Below the pieces are notes generated by a model. That model ran no database searches. It saw nothing but the letters and a program-made list of their open reading frames with translations, and was not told the origin of the DNA. Positions 18,779-29,438 of a DNA stretch of 64,000 bases are shown here, one piece after another (positions within the stretch are counted from its first letter, which is position 1; every line of letters begins with the position of its first letter). The position numbers were made by a program, and so were the translations under genes. Source of the stretch: a virus; IMG/VR virus record IMGVR_UViG_3300027791_000015, positions 5,908 to 69,907 of that record; one strand, written 5' to 3'.

Positions 18779-21700
18779 ATGGGACAGTATTATACATCAA
18801 CTGGAAGATATGATCTATCTACTGGAGATATTTTGGATGTAGAAACTAATCTATCCTTAGACGCTTTCGAATTACCAGATTTTTTCCAAAAGGGCAATAG
18901 AGTTTCTAGTAATCTCTTGTACGACCCAGATCTTGATGTTGGCAGTTATTATATTGAGCCGTTTAATAAATTTTATCCTGAGACTGCGAGTACTGGAAGT
19001 TTAGAATATAGAAAAGCGGAAATCGGCATTAACAGTATATGGAAGACCGATTTTGAAAAAAGTAAAAGAATTCACGACTATTATACTTGGACTGGTATTC
19101 ACTTCTCTGGAGAAATTGATGGTCACGCTGTTGTTGAGGTCGCTGGTCTTGTATATTCTGGATATTCAGAAGGGACATTGGCTGGAAAATATTATCCTGA
19201 AACTGGAGAGACTCCGACATTTTCATCTAAGGGCAAAAGCACAGTAATTGTGAGCCGCACAGACGGTGCAAGTTCTTCTAATTTTGCAAAGACCTTTTTT
19301 AGTGGCTTAAGAGGTGAGGTTCAAGTAGTTCCTCTAGGTAATTCTTGGCAAAACAATCCGTTTGTAAATTCTGAAACAGAAACTGGAAAAGCATATTTAA
19401 AGGAAGCTTTATCAACTGCGATTGTTAATGGCAATACCACGGCCCCTAAATTTTACAAATGGATATCAACTATCCTTGATAGAATAGACAGTTCTAGAGA
19501 TAGTAAGATTTTTATATTGAGAGATTTTGACACTAGCACTGTTAATTATACGGTAGGCGACAAAGTTGTTTCGGAGCAAGACCTAATAGACCGCATTAAA
19601 GGTTTACAGATTCCCGTATACGATTATTATAATACATCCACAAACACTGATGAATCTTCAAACCCTTTATCAGGTATTACTACATTTTCTTCTGGTTATT
19701 CACCTACAGATAATGCCTATGTAGATCGACCTAATCGAATACCCGACTGGATTAGTGATCAACAGATCGATATGGTTGATGAACCTTCTAACTCCAAATG
19801 GCTATCTCCAGAAAATGTTTTTCAGTTTGATACAAGTTTATATAGTTTTGTTGGAAGTGGAATGACTTCAGGACTAAAAACTGGAGAAATTACTGGCGGG
19901 GGTATAATTAACGCTACTACTGAACCATTACTATTAAAAACCAACACTTATGGCAATTATTACGAGGATAAATTTAGAGGGCATCTAGATATCTCAGCAA
20001 GTGGCCGCATTTCATTTGAAGATATATTTCAGCAATACTTTCTTGGTGATTATAATAGGCCTGCTGGTAGTTATGGACTTAAGGTTTCTGGAACAAATCA
20101 CAGCAATTCATTAGTAACTGGAGATATGTTATATATTCCATATTCTGGAGAGGATTACATAGAGGGAAAACAAACACAAAGAGCTGTTAATTTTAATGAT
20201 TTTTGTGTTTTTGCCCCAGTTAACTTGGACGGATTTGAGACCTCCTTCCTTTCTTCAGTTACTGTAACTGGATCCCCGATAATTTCTGGAGAAGTTTACT
20301 TGGCTTCTGGATTGCTTGATATTGACTCTACCTTAAATACTGGGATAACTGGAGAATTTGATTTCTTTGATATAAATTTTTTAACTGGAGACCCTAAATA
20401 TTTTGTTGAGACAGAAGGATCTACAGGCATGTTATCTGGAGAACTTTTTCATACTTATCTATTATCAGATACTGGACAGGTAGATTTCGAAACTACACTT
20501 ACATCTGCGAAAATATTGCCTGTAGATATGCCAGAAGGTATTTTTACTACGAGTATAGATCCATTCTTTAGTAATAGTATCTCTGGAGATCAAGTAGTAT
20601 CTGGGATTAAGGAAGAGAGGGTCGAGGATTTATTACCAGACAGTACGAATATATTAAAAACTTCAATAAGAGATAAAGGTACGGGTCGTGCGTTTATAAG
20701 CGGAATTTTTCAGGGAGATATGACTTATACTGGGATTTATTACAAAGATGATGATGCTTTAACTGGATACATAAATCCAGCGCATGATTACCATTATAAA
20801 ATTTCAGATTTAAGTGACTTTAACTTAACTAATTTAACGGGCGATGGTAAGGTTAGAGTTGTAGATAATAATGGGGGCAATGTACAAATTTCTTCAGACG
20901 TGGACATCATATTTTTATTTGATCGGTCTGGCTCTATGGGTGACAACATAAGAAGTTGTTCTGCTGCTATATCTGCATCTCAACTTTTTGATTTTCGCAT
21001 AATCAATGCAAGTGTCTATTCATATGACTATTATAGCTCATTGCCCTATTACATTCCCGGTGTACGCTTAGCGTATTCAGATAGTGATATGGTGGAAACT
21101 GAAGGCTCTTATGAAAGATTTCAGGGCGTGTTGAATGATATCACTAATTACATTCAAATTGGCGGTGGTTTTGAGAAACTGTCGGAAGCAATTTTAGAGT
21201 TAGATGCTGCTGGTAGATTTGATGGTTATAACGATAGGAACGTGATTTTGTGTGCATTTACAGACGAAATCGATGCTTCCACTACGTCCCAAAAATCGCA
21301 GGCTTTACAGGTCTTGGGAACCAAGGAGATTCAAACTATTTTTTTTACTACGACTTTTGATCAGTATGGATATGCTCATCCCCTAGAGCCTATTTATACC
21401 GCCTATTTAGATCAGTTACCAGCCGAATGTAATGCTCAATGGATAAATATGTCTAACGTTAGCGCTGCGAATTTCAGTAATCTTATTAATGAGGTAGCTA
21501 CTAGGGGTTTCGCTAATCTTGATATAATTTCAATATTATCTATTGATAACCAAGAGTTAAATGATTATTTGCCTGATTTATTTTTTGCAGATGCTACTTT
21601 GTCGAGACAAGAATATTATGCTCCAGGAGCTATATTTGTTACATCATTAGAATTGACAGGAGACACTATGATAGACAGTGGTGGTGATAATTTAGATGAT

Positions 21701-24700
21701 GACTTTGCAATACTCAAAAATGACGAAGTAATTCTCTCTCCCGCTAGAAATATAGGGTGGTATTCAAATCAACCGCCTTATTCAGTGTACGTAGTGGGCG
21801 GTAAAATTACTGCAAATAATGTTGACTATCCAATAACAAATTTAAGTAATAATATGGATACAGTATTCAAAGTTACTGATAGTTGGTACGGAAGGGGGGA
21901 ATTTAATGTTTCTTATCAAGATAGAATAGATGAAATTGAAGCTTCTAACGGTCCCGTTGAGTCTTCAAGTTTGGAATTGGTAGTGCTTAGTGATAGAGAC
22001 ATAATAAGAGGCTGGAACGCAAAGCCAACACTGAATACTCCCGATCAAGATCTTAACAGCTTATCTGTAGGAATTTTTTCACAGCCATCCATCCCTGATG
22101 GTTTTAATTTATCTACGCAAGGTGGTGGTACATTAGATAATGCCTCTAATAGAGGTTCGCAAAGACTTTCTGAAACTTCCAGAGCTTTTCTTGATAACAG
22201 TATTCCTGATTGGCCTTACAGTGGTGTACAGACTGGAAACTCATCTCCAAACTATGTTTGGTCATACACTGGTAATATTTTTACTGGTGATAAATTAGAG
22301 GTGGCAGTGTTTGATGGTTGGGGGTCTACACTTAGACTAATTCCTTGGACTGCCAAACTTACTTGGAGCGACGGCTTTACTAGTTTTGTAAACGGGGGAT
22401 ATAAAGAATCTTTTCCTAGTGATTCAGCTAAGATTCGTCAACTTCAAGATACAAGTTTAACACAGACACAATATTATTCGGCAGATGGGGGTGGTCCTTG
22501 GGGAGAATCTTATAAATTTTACGAAGGCGGTAGCGGTATAATTCCTGTAACAAGAAATATTGAACAAAAATTTGTTCAAGATATGGCATATCTTCAATAT
22601 GACACTAATGAAGTACCCTTTAACATAGTCCAGGGATTTGGTTTTTCTGTTAAGGACAAAGAAACCATTTCTTCCTCTGATCCAATATTTGTTGGAGACA
22701 ATAATAGACCCAGAGCAATATGGCAAGACGTTGGTTTTGTTTGTAATTTAGATCCAATTAAGTTTACTGACACCAACGAGAATGAAGAAGATGGCGACGA
22801 CGACGGCAAAGATAACGCTTTTGATCCTTGCATCCCAGATCCGGGTTGCCCCGAAGAAGACAGCGGCGGTGGCGGCGAAGGGCCTGGTGATGGCGGCGGC
22901 GGTGGCGGCGACGGAGAGAGATCAAATATAGTTTCTGGGGTTCTTTATAGTGGATCGATAACTTTCAATAAAATGTCTATTGGTGATTATCTAGAATTTA
23001 GTCCATATAACTTTGATTACTCTGGTGATTATCTAGAAGCTTATGGAACTGGTTTTCCTGATATCCATAATTTAGATAATAGGTTTTTTTATGACAGAAG
23101 AGGTAATAATATAAGTACATTCAGTAATGCTGTAGAGCTAGCCTATTTACTTAATGGTTTTTATAATAATTTTTCATTAGGCACAAATAAAAGAGGGGTA
23201 TGGCAAAAATTTAAAACAGAATTTGACGAATATGCTGGGGATACGGCTGGGGATTTTTATAGCGGCGCATTGTTAGAAGCGACGGCAATTACTCCTAATT
23301 TTTTAACAATAAAGTCCCTAATATTCAGTGATATGGGTGCTTACAAAATCAAGTTTCAAGATGACAATCTCTCAATTGCTAGTCAGTATCAATACTCAAT
23401 GCCTAGGTCAATAGGTTTTCAAGGAAGTTATGACGGTCTGAGGTGGAAAAACCTATTCTTAAAAGATTTTGATTATACCTCAAGCAGCCATGAGCTCATA
23501 ACTGACGGATATGAAATAGAAAAAAAACCTATGGAATTTGGTTTTGGTCCCGAATTAAGAGTTGACAACGAGAGAGACGGGGTGGACTCAATAACTGTAA
23601 CTGCAAATGATCACGTAATTGAATCGGGGGATGGAGTGTTTTTAAATCAAGTAGAATCTATAGGGATAACAATTTCAAGTTTTGGAAACGGCGTATTTAG
23701 TGGGGTTGAGTTTCCCTCAGGGATAGACGTGCAAGATTTTTTCGAAGACACTATTCGATATGAATATAGCGGCAATAATTCTGGTTCTTTACTTGGTTTT
23801 ATTAGCGGTTACGAAGTAAGAAATCCTCTAGCGAAGGAAGATGATGAAATTGTGATAGAACCCGTTGAGGTTGTTTACCCCTGTCCAGGCCCTCTGACTA
23901 CAATAATAAGAACTCGACAGGTCATTGTTGATAGTGGTATTGATGAGTTTGGTAACTACTTCCAAGTTACTCAAGAAGAAGAGGCGGGTTGTGAATTTTG
24001 CTTTGGCTACAAAAAAGTCGCCTTGCCAATCGGTCACGAGGCTAACGAAGGCTTGTTCCCAGGAGACCCAGACTATGTATTTAGTGGCTATTCACTCTGC
24101 GATGCGGAGGGACTTCCAGAGTTAGGGGAGGAAGAGGAAGAAGAAGATAAATTTCAAACTATAGCATTTAGTGGATTTTTTACAGGTTTTGAGGGCGAAG
24201 AGATATTTAGTTTAGACCTTTATGATTCAGATGACACATTTTTCCGTGGGACATTTAAAGCTCCCTTGGAACCAGAAGCTATTTTTATAGTTCCAAATCA
24301 AACGGCAACTTATTCGATTAATGAATTGGAATTTTTCTTTGATCTAATCTCTGTTAAAGATCGCGAAGCTTTATTCGAACAAGACGAAAATGGTAATTCC
24401 ATAATACCAGTAGGACAAGAATCGAACGATACAAACACCAGTTATAGAACTGGATTCATTTTTGACAACGAAAGAGACTACAGGTACTATAGGTTTATCT
24501 ACAGCGGATTTAATATTCCAGATGGAAGCAGTTCAGCCGAAGAAACCTTTGCCCCCCAAAGTGGAGTAGTTGTATTCGACGAAGTTAATTTGTATGGACC
24601 AACTGATTATGAATTTGCTTTGAGTGGAGCACAGGAAATAACTTTATTTGACTCTATTTATTCTGGAGACTTATTGATTCCAGTCAGTGGGCGCATGACT

Positions 24701-25999
24701 GGTATGCATGTTGGCAGTAGCTTTAGTGGAATACTGCCTGTTAACTCAAATAAAACTGAAACTATTCTCGAAGACTTTTTCTCTGGTACTCAACAAATTT
24801 ATCCTACCCAATTTGTTGGGAACTATCAAGACACCTTAACTGGAATAGGAGAAGCTTCTGGAATTATTACTGGATTATTTTATGATACAGGTACTAACAG
24901 GTTGTTTAATGAAATATTAATTCAACAAACAGTTACTGGATTTGAAAATGTCGACACTGAGGTTAATCGAATAAACGATATCACAGATATATTAGGTTTA
25001 ACTGACGAAGAGGTATTTATAGATTTCACGGGCCCAGCAAGATTCACTGGTATTGGGGCGGTCAATGCACTTCAAACTGGAGTTAAAAGCTTTACAATAG
25101 TCACTGGTACAGAGACTGGATTCATAAATGATGGAAGCGGTAGCTATGATTTTTATAGATCTGAATCTAGACTTTTCGGAGAAAAAATTCTGCTTCAAGA
25201 TAGTGGCAAAATTTTAAATCAAGACTTTGGTAATTTACTTCTAGAATCATTAGATACTAGTCAAGTATTTAGTTCTATTCCTTCTGGATATATTAATTCC
25301 CAATTAACATTAAATTATAACAATCCGATTACAGGTGATAGAGTGATAATTGATAGCAATGGCTTTGTAAGAAGCACAGGTAATCAGCTTCCAAATTTAT
25401 TTAAGGATATAACCGGTTTGTCTAAGGTTATTAATAGTGGTGAATTTGGATTTAGCACATCAATAATTGATAATGACACATTACAAATCTTTACAAATAC
25501 CCTAGGTGAGCTTGGCAACTCAATACGGGCTAGTTCAGACGGAAGTCTTAATAAACCAACGTTTGAAACCGATACCTTTACTGGCGGACAAAATTTCTAT
25601 CAACCATTAATTGGTTACGGGTTGTTTTCTGGCAATGCCTTCGAAACAGTTAATAATACTGGGATTTATGAAGTAGATTACACAGGAGAAATTACTGGTA
25701 TAATTAACATATTTACTGGAAATAAAAATTTCAACGATACATGGAATCTTCATACTGGAAAATTCAATAAAAATTATAATTTTAGATCTAATCTTCCTGA
25801 TGGAGTTATAACTTCCATCTATGAAGACGGTTTTCATTCTATGGGTATTTACCCAAGTCAATTTGCTACATTTATTGACTACGTTCCTAGCGATTTAGTA
25901 GACTATAATAATACGGAAAATGAGCCCGATGTCGCTGAATTAATCATTACTGGAATAAATTTAACTGGATATACAATTCCAATACACGGAGACAAATAA
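18779..25999 (+). CDS. Giant SG/TG-rich virion protein with VWA domain and split discoidin-like motif
   Basis: 2406 aa; DIIFLFDRSGSMG (MIDAS DxSxS) with later AFTDE; PRSIGFQGSYDGLRW and DYRYYRF...DEVNLYG; poly-Gly linker. Confidence 0.7.
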   Translation: MGQYYTSTGRYDLSTGDILDVETNLSLDAFELPDFFQKGNRVSSNLLYDPDLDVGSYYIEPFNKFYPETASTGSLEYRKAEIGINSIWKTDFEKSKRIHDYYTWTGIHFSGEIDGHAVVEVAGLVYSGYSEGTLAGKYYPETGETPTFSSKGKSTVIVSRTDGASSSNFAKTFFSGLRGEVQVVPLGNSWQNNPFVNSETETGKAYLKEALSTAIVNGNTTAPKFYKWISTILDRIDSSRDSKIFILRDFDTSTVNYTVGDKVVSEQDLIDRIKGLQIPVYDYYNTSTNTDESSNPLSGITTFSSGYSPTDNAYVDRPNRIPDWISDQQIDMVDEPSNSKWLSPENVFQFDTSLYSFVGSGMTSGLKTGEITGGGIINATTEPLLLKTNTYGNYYEDKFRGHLDISASGRISFEDIFQQYFLGDYNRPAGSYGLKVSGTNHSNSLVTGDMLYIPYSGEDYIEGKQTQRAVNFNDFCVFAPVNLDGFETSFLSSVTVTGSPIISGEVYLASGLLDIDSTLNTGITGEFDFFDINFLTGDPKYFVETEGSTGMLSGELFHTYLLSDTGQVDFETTLTSAKILPVDMPEGIFTTSIDPFFSNSISGDQVVSGIKEERVEDLLPDSTNILKTSIRDKGTGRAFISGIFQGDMTYTGIYYKDDDALTGYINPAHDYHYKISDLSDFNLTNLTGDGKVRVVDNNGGNVQISSDVDIIFLFDRSGSMGDNIRSCSAAISASQLFDFRIINASVYSYDYYSSLPYYIPGVRLAYSDSDMVETEGSYERFQGVLNDITNYIQIGGGFEKLSEAILELDAAGRFDGYNDRNVILCAFTDEIDASTTSQKSQALQVLGTKEIQTIFFTTTFDQYGYAHPLEPIYTAYLDQLPAECNAQWINMSNVSAANFSNLINEVATRGFANLDIISILSIDNQELNDYLPDLFFADATLSRQEYYAPGAIFVTSLELTGDTMIDSGGDNLDDDFAILKNDEVILSPARNIGWYSNQPPYSVYVVGGKITANNVDYPITNLSNNMDTVFKVTDSWYGRGEFNVSYQDRIDEIEASNGPVESSSLELVVLSDRDIIRGWNAKPTLNTPDQDLNSLSVGIFSQPSIPDGFNLSTQGGGTLDNASNRGSQRLSETSRAFLDNSIPDWPYSGVQTGNSSPNYVWSYTGNIFTGDKLEVAVFDGWGSTLRLIPWTAKLTWSDGFTSFVNGGYKESFPSDSAKIRQLQDTSLTQTQYYSADGGGPWGESYKFYEGGSGIIPVTRNIEQKFVQDMAYLQYDTNEVPFNIVQGFGFSVKDKETISSSDPIFVGDNNRPRAIWQDVGFVCNLDPIKFTDTNENEEDGDDDGKDNAFDPCIPDPGCPEEDSGGGGEGPGDGGGGGGDGERSNIVSGVLYSGSITFNKMSIGDYLEFSPYNFDYSGDYLEAYGTGFPDIHNLDNRFFYDRRGNNISTFSNAVELAYLLNGFYNNFSLGTNKRGVWQKFKTEFDEYAGDTAGDFYSGALLEATAITPNFLTIKSLIFSDMGAYKIKFQDDNLSIASQYQYSMPRSIGFQGSYDGLRWKNLFLKDFDYTSSSHELITDGYEIEKKPMEFGFGPELRVDNERDGVDSITVTANDHVIESGDGVFLNQVESIGITISSFGNGVFSGVEFPSGIDVQDFFEDTIRYEYSGNNSGSLLGFISGYEVRNPLAKEDDEIVIEPVEVVYPCPGPLTTIIRTRQVIVDSGIDEFGNYFQVTQEEEAGCEFCFGYKKVALPIGHEANEGLFPGDPDYVFSGYSLCDAEGLPELGEEEEEEDKFQTIAFSGFFTGFEGEEIFSLDLYDSDDTFFRGTFKAPLEPEAIFIVPNQTATYSINELEFFFDLISVKDREALFEQDENGNSIIPVGQESNDTNTSYRTGFIFDNERDYRYYRFIYSGFNIPDGSSSAEETFAPQSGVVVFDEVNLYGPTDYEFALSGAQEITLFDSIYSGDLLIPVSGRMTGMHVGSSFSGILPVNSNKTETILEDFFSGTQQIYPTQFVGNYQDTLTGIGEASGIITGLFYDTGTNRLFNEILIQQTVTGFENVDTEVNRINDITDILGLTDEEVFIDFTGPARFTGIGAVNALQTGVKSFTIVTGTETGFINDGSGSYDFYRSESRLFGEKILLQDSGKILNQDFGNLLLESLDTSQVFSSIPSGYINSQLTLNYNNPITGDRVIIDSNGFVRSTGNQLPNLFKDITGLSKVINSGEFGFSTSIIDNDTLQIFTNTLGELGNSIRASSDGSLNKPTFETDTFTGGQNFYQPLIGYGLFSGNAFETVNNTGIYEVDYTGEITGIINIFTGNKNFNDTWNLHTGKFNKNYNFRSNLPDGVITSIYEDGFHSMGIYPSQFATFIDYVPSDLVDYNNTENEPDVAELIITGINLTGYTIPIHGDK
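22862..22915 (+). repeat. GGC-rich poly-glycine linker
   Basis: Encodes SGGGGEGPGDGGGGGGDG; GC-rich island in an AT-rich gene. Confidence 0.8.
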
Positions 26000-26001
26000 T
26001 T

Positions 26002-26907
26002 ATGGCGGGTCGATTTCAAATTATAAAAACTGGTGCATCTACGGTTCGAGTTGCTGAAAACAGTAGTATTCTTACTTCTAAAATAAGGTATCGACCTAAT
26101 GGCTCTGATGTATTTTTGGGCCACGGTGAGGATGGTAGAGATCAAGATTTGAGGATATCTTCTCGAAGTTTTATGACCGAAAAACAAAAAGAGGCGGAGA
26201 AAGCATCTATTGCATTTGCTACATCTTTAGAGATTGTAGTTGAAGAGAGTATTACAGATGTTATACATAGTAAGGATAATGAAGCACAAACTAGACAAGC
26301 CCCATACGAGGCTTTTCATATTAAAGGCTTGGGAATTGATTTTACACCGAAATACGACGATGATGTGCAAAAAAGGGATTTCATATATTTAGAATTGGAC
26401 CTGCACAGAAGCTTAGATGTTCGTTCCGCAGTAATTGTTGTCGGACCTGTTAATGGTAATGGTCCTGGAAAAATTCCCGGAGAAAGAAATGAACGCACTG
26501 ATTTCATCGAAGAAGATAAAGATTTATTAGGTTGGCCCTCCTTTCCTTCGTCCTATCTTTTTAACATGGATCTAAACAAAGATGGCGAGTTAATTTACAC
26601 TCCCACAAATGCAGAGCCCACCAACGAAGAACTTAGGCAGGGTAAATTTCAGAAAAAAGCATACTTGATGATTGGATATTTAACTAAAGATGTAGTAGGG
26701 GGTAGCGAAGGTCTTGTGATTTTTGATGAAGACAATAGCGACGCCCCCTATATGAATGTAGTTGGCTGTTTAAATACTAACTTAGAAATATCTCATGGGC
26801 TTTCTAACGAATTACCTGTTGTCAACCTTTCTCCAAGCCACGATCCCGTACACTTGAGTTCAAATTATTTTGAGGAAGTTGAGCAAGAATCTGAATCGGG
26901 GGAATAA
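26002..26907 (+). CDS. Hypothetical protein (probable tail-associated)
   Basis: 301-aa ORF starting 2 nt after the giant gene. Confidence 0.65.
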   Translation: MAGRFQIIKTGASTVRVAENSSILTSKIRYRPNGSDVFLGHGEDGRDQDLRISSRSFMTEKQKEAEKASIAFATSLEIVVEESITDVIHSKDNEAQTRQAPYEAFHIKGLGIDFTPKYDDDVQKRDFIYLELDLHRSLDVRSAVIVVGPVNGNGPGKIPGERNERTDFIEEDKDLLGWPSFPSSYLFNMDLNKDGELIYTPTNAEPTNEELRQGKFQKKAYLMIGYLTKDVVGGSEGLVIFDEDNSDAPYMNVVGCLNTNLEISHGLSNELPVVNLSPSHDPVHLSSNYFEEVEQESESGE

Positions 26908-26908
26908 T

Positions 26909-27799
26909 ATGCACGAAGAAAATAATATTCCCAATACTCATGACCCAGGTCAACCAGAATACTTCGACGAGATTTCTAAGAAACAAAAGAAAAGTCAGCC
27001 CATTAATTTTGAAAATACAATCTGGCAAACTTTGGACCAAAAACCCAGAATAGGAAATCTATATTTCATGGATAGCTTGCTATTCAGTTCTTGCAAATTT
27101 AAGGCAGAAAAAGAATTGGGATATAGCCAAGAAGAAGAAGCTATTAAAGAGAGAGAAGATAGAATCGTAGAACTTTATGAAGAAGAGGATGGCGATATAG
27201 AAAAGTTTACCCGCTCCAATTATTTGACGGCGACCAAAGAACAGATTCATCAAATTACTTTTAGAGATAGAATGTATAGGATAGAAGTTCAGATTATTAC
27301 TATGGAAATGAAGTTTTTTCAAACTGGCTCTCCTTTTATCGGACCTATACCATATTTCCAGCCGCGAACGTATCGAACCACTGGTCGTAGCTTCCCAGTA
27401 TTTACAGAAAGTCACGAAAGAATGGCGGGACAAAGACACTCTGGACGAGTCAATATAGATACTACACGTATTATGAGACAACAAAATGGTACATATTTAA
27501 TCAAAGTGACTGTTGTAGGAAATGGTTTTACTACAAGTGGATTTGGCTTTCCTGTGGGAATAATCCCATTTGCAAGTGACAGTATTCCTATCCTTTTCAT
27601 AAATGCAAACCCAAATGAAACACCTTTAGCTGCTTTTGGCAGTATTATACCAGTGAATTACAATAGTGATGGCGAAGCAGTTGAAGACGTTTACAACTGG
27701 TCACTTTCTGAAGAATTAAAAAAACATAAAGATGGGGATATTCCCCTCAATGAGCTGTCTATGCTAGCTCAAGAAACTTTGGACTCTATCGCAGAATAA
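26909..27799 (+). CDS. Hypothetical protein
   Basis: ORF track starts at 26870; the ATG at 26909 (MHEEN), 1 nt after the upstream stop, is more plausible. Confidence 0.6.
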   Translation: MHEENNIPNTHDPGQPEYFDEISKKQKKSQPINFENTIWQTLDQKPRIGNLYFMDSLLFSSCKFKAEKELGYSQEEEAIKEREDRIVELYEEEDGDIEKFTRSNYLTATKEQIHQITFRDRMYRIEVQIITMEMKFFQTGSPFIGPIPYFQPRTYRTTGRSFPVFTESHERMAGQRHSGRVNIDTTRIMRQQNGTYLIKVTVVGNGFTTSGFGFPVGIIPFASDSIPILFINANPNETPLAAFGSIIPVNYNSDGEAVEDVYNWSLSEELKKHKDGDIPLNELSMLAQETLDSIAE

Positions 27800-27806
27800 A
27801 ACTTTA

Positions 27807-29438
27807 TCAGATGTTAATAAATTTTAGGTCTTCTATACTGTTTACTGGTGATTTGAAATAATCCCAAGAATAATTAAGTGTAATCTTTTTCCCGAAACTC
27901 GGATTTGATCCTATATTTTTTTGGGTCAAAACTTCATCTCCCCCCAAGAAACCCTCTGAGATGCTTATAATTTCATTATGAGCTGACTTTATTCCTTCTT
28001 CGATATCTGTATCGTCATTAATCACGGCATTAACACTAATTGACAATTTGGCTCTTTCATAGGATTCTAGATGTTGAAGCACATATTCTTCTGAATCTCC
28101 TGCTTCTGCTAAATATACTTGACCAACTAGCGCATAAGGTTTCGCTTTAAAGTATGGATTCTCTACATTAATAACATAGTCAAATTTTTCGAAACCCTCT
28201 GGAGGCTCTTCTTCATCTGTTAAGTTAACGGAAAAATTTATTTCTCCCTTAAACTTGTTTTTTGTAACACTTGCTGATGTATAACGTTTATTGATGTTGT
28301 CAATATCATAATAATTAGAAAAAAGTCCAATCACATTCTCGCTTTTATAAACATTTATTTTTGAATTGTAAGCTTCTTCTACAAGCGCCCACCTGTCTGT
28401 TAAATCCGATCTGCCCCTTAAAGATCCTTTTAGTGAATATTTTGTTATGTTATCTTCCCCTTTGTTTTCATTTAAAGAAAGTTCCAGTATTAATGTATCT
28501 TGTCCAATATTAGTTACAGCGTCGTCATATTGTAGAGTAAAAGATATAGACTGATTTATTTCATTTATATTTTTTGTTCTTACAACGGGGGTTGTATTTA
28601 ACGTTATATCGTGACATTCTTCTATTTTTGCTATAAAATTATAAGCATCAAAAATCACCTCTAGTTCTGCTAATGTTGTATTTATTCCTCCAGTAATGCT
28701 TCCAGATATAGAAGCCGTGTGAAAGCCCTGAGCCTGTTCATTTATATTGATGCTATAATTAATCTTGGATTTACTGCTTTGAAGCAAATCAAGCTCATAA
28801 ACTTCGGTAACAGAATATTCTCCATTAACTCTGTTTATATTCTCTGATCTGCTTATTAATACAAGATTGCTATTGTTAATTGAAACCTCTTCAGGATTTC
28901 GATTTGATCCAGCAGACCTTTCTCCAAAACACATTGATAAGTTTGCAGGAACCGTTGGAGAACCTCCACCAAGGTTGGCAGTAACAAACGTACGAGCATT
29001 TTCGAATCCCGTTTCATCTAAACCCCCGGTATTTATTCCAGCCGCAGATACTGTATGAGTAACTGTCAAAACCCTCTCTTTGTTCTCTGAAAAATCCCAT
29101 GTATTTGATGGGTTAATTATTCCCTCCGATTCAAAGTAATCTGCTGGATAGCACAGCAAGACTATGGTATAATCAATCTTGGATAAATAATCTGATGGTG
29201 CGAAATCAATGCTTTGTAAAAACACGTTGGTTCTTGTAAGCGTACCATAAGTGAATAAACCATCTGTTATTTCATAAGTTGTAAGAATGGTGGCTTGCAG
29301 TGCCGACAAACTGGTGTAGCCTCCGGTATCAATAGCTTGCCCATTTAAAGTTATGTTTTCTACAAATCCCCATTTTTTATTATAAAAAATAGGAGAATGA
29401 GTAATGGAAATTCTTGGTTCTGTTATTTTAGATGTCAT
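27807..29438 (-). CDS. Putative tail/baseplate structural protein (paralog-like of 29428..31077)
   Basis: Beta-rich with repeated ...ENINRVNGEYSVTEVY / KNINEINQSISFTLQY / KNKFKGEINFSVNL segments; in the tail module. Confidence 0.6.
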   Translation of the reverse strand: MTSKITEPRISITHSPIFYNKKWGFVENITLNGQAIDTGGYTSLSALQATILTTYEITDGLFTYGTLTRTNVFLQSIDFAPSDYLSKIDYTIVLLCYPADYFESEGIINPSNTWDFSENKERVLTVTHTVSAAGINTGGLDETGFENARTFVTANLGGGSPTVPANLSMCFGERSAGSNRNPEEVSINNSNLVLISRSENINRVNGEYSVTEVYELDLLQSSKSKINYSININEQAQGFHTASISGSITGGINTTLAELEVIFDAYNFIAKIEECHDITLNTTPVVRTKNINEINQSISFTLQYDDAVTNIGQDTLILELSLNENKGEDNITKYSLKGSLRGRSDLTDRWALVEEAYNSKINVYKSENVIGLFSNYYDIDNINKRYTSASVTKNKFKGEINFSVNLTDEEEPPEGFEKFDYVINVENPYFKAKPYALVGQVYLAEAGDSEEYVLQHLESYERAKLSISVNAVINDDTDIEEGIKSAHNEIISISEGFLGGDEVLTQKNIGSNPSFGKKITLNYSWDYFKSPVNSIEDLKFINI

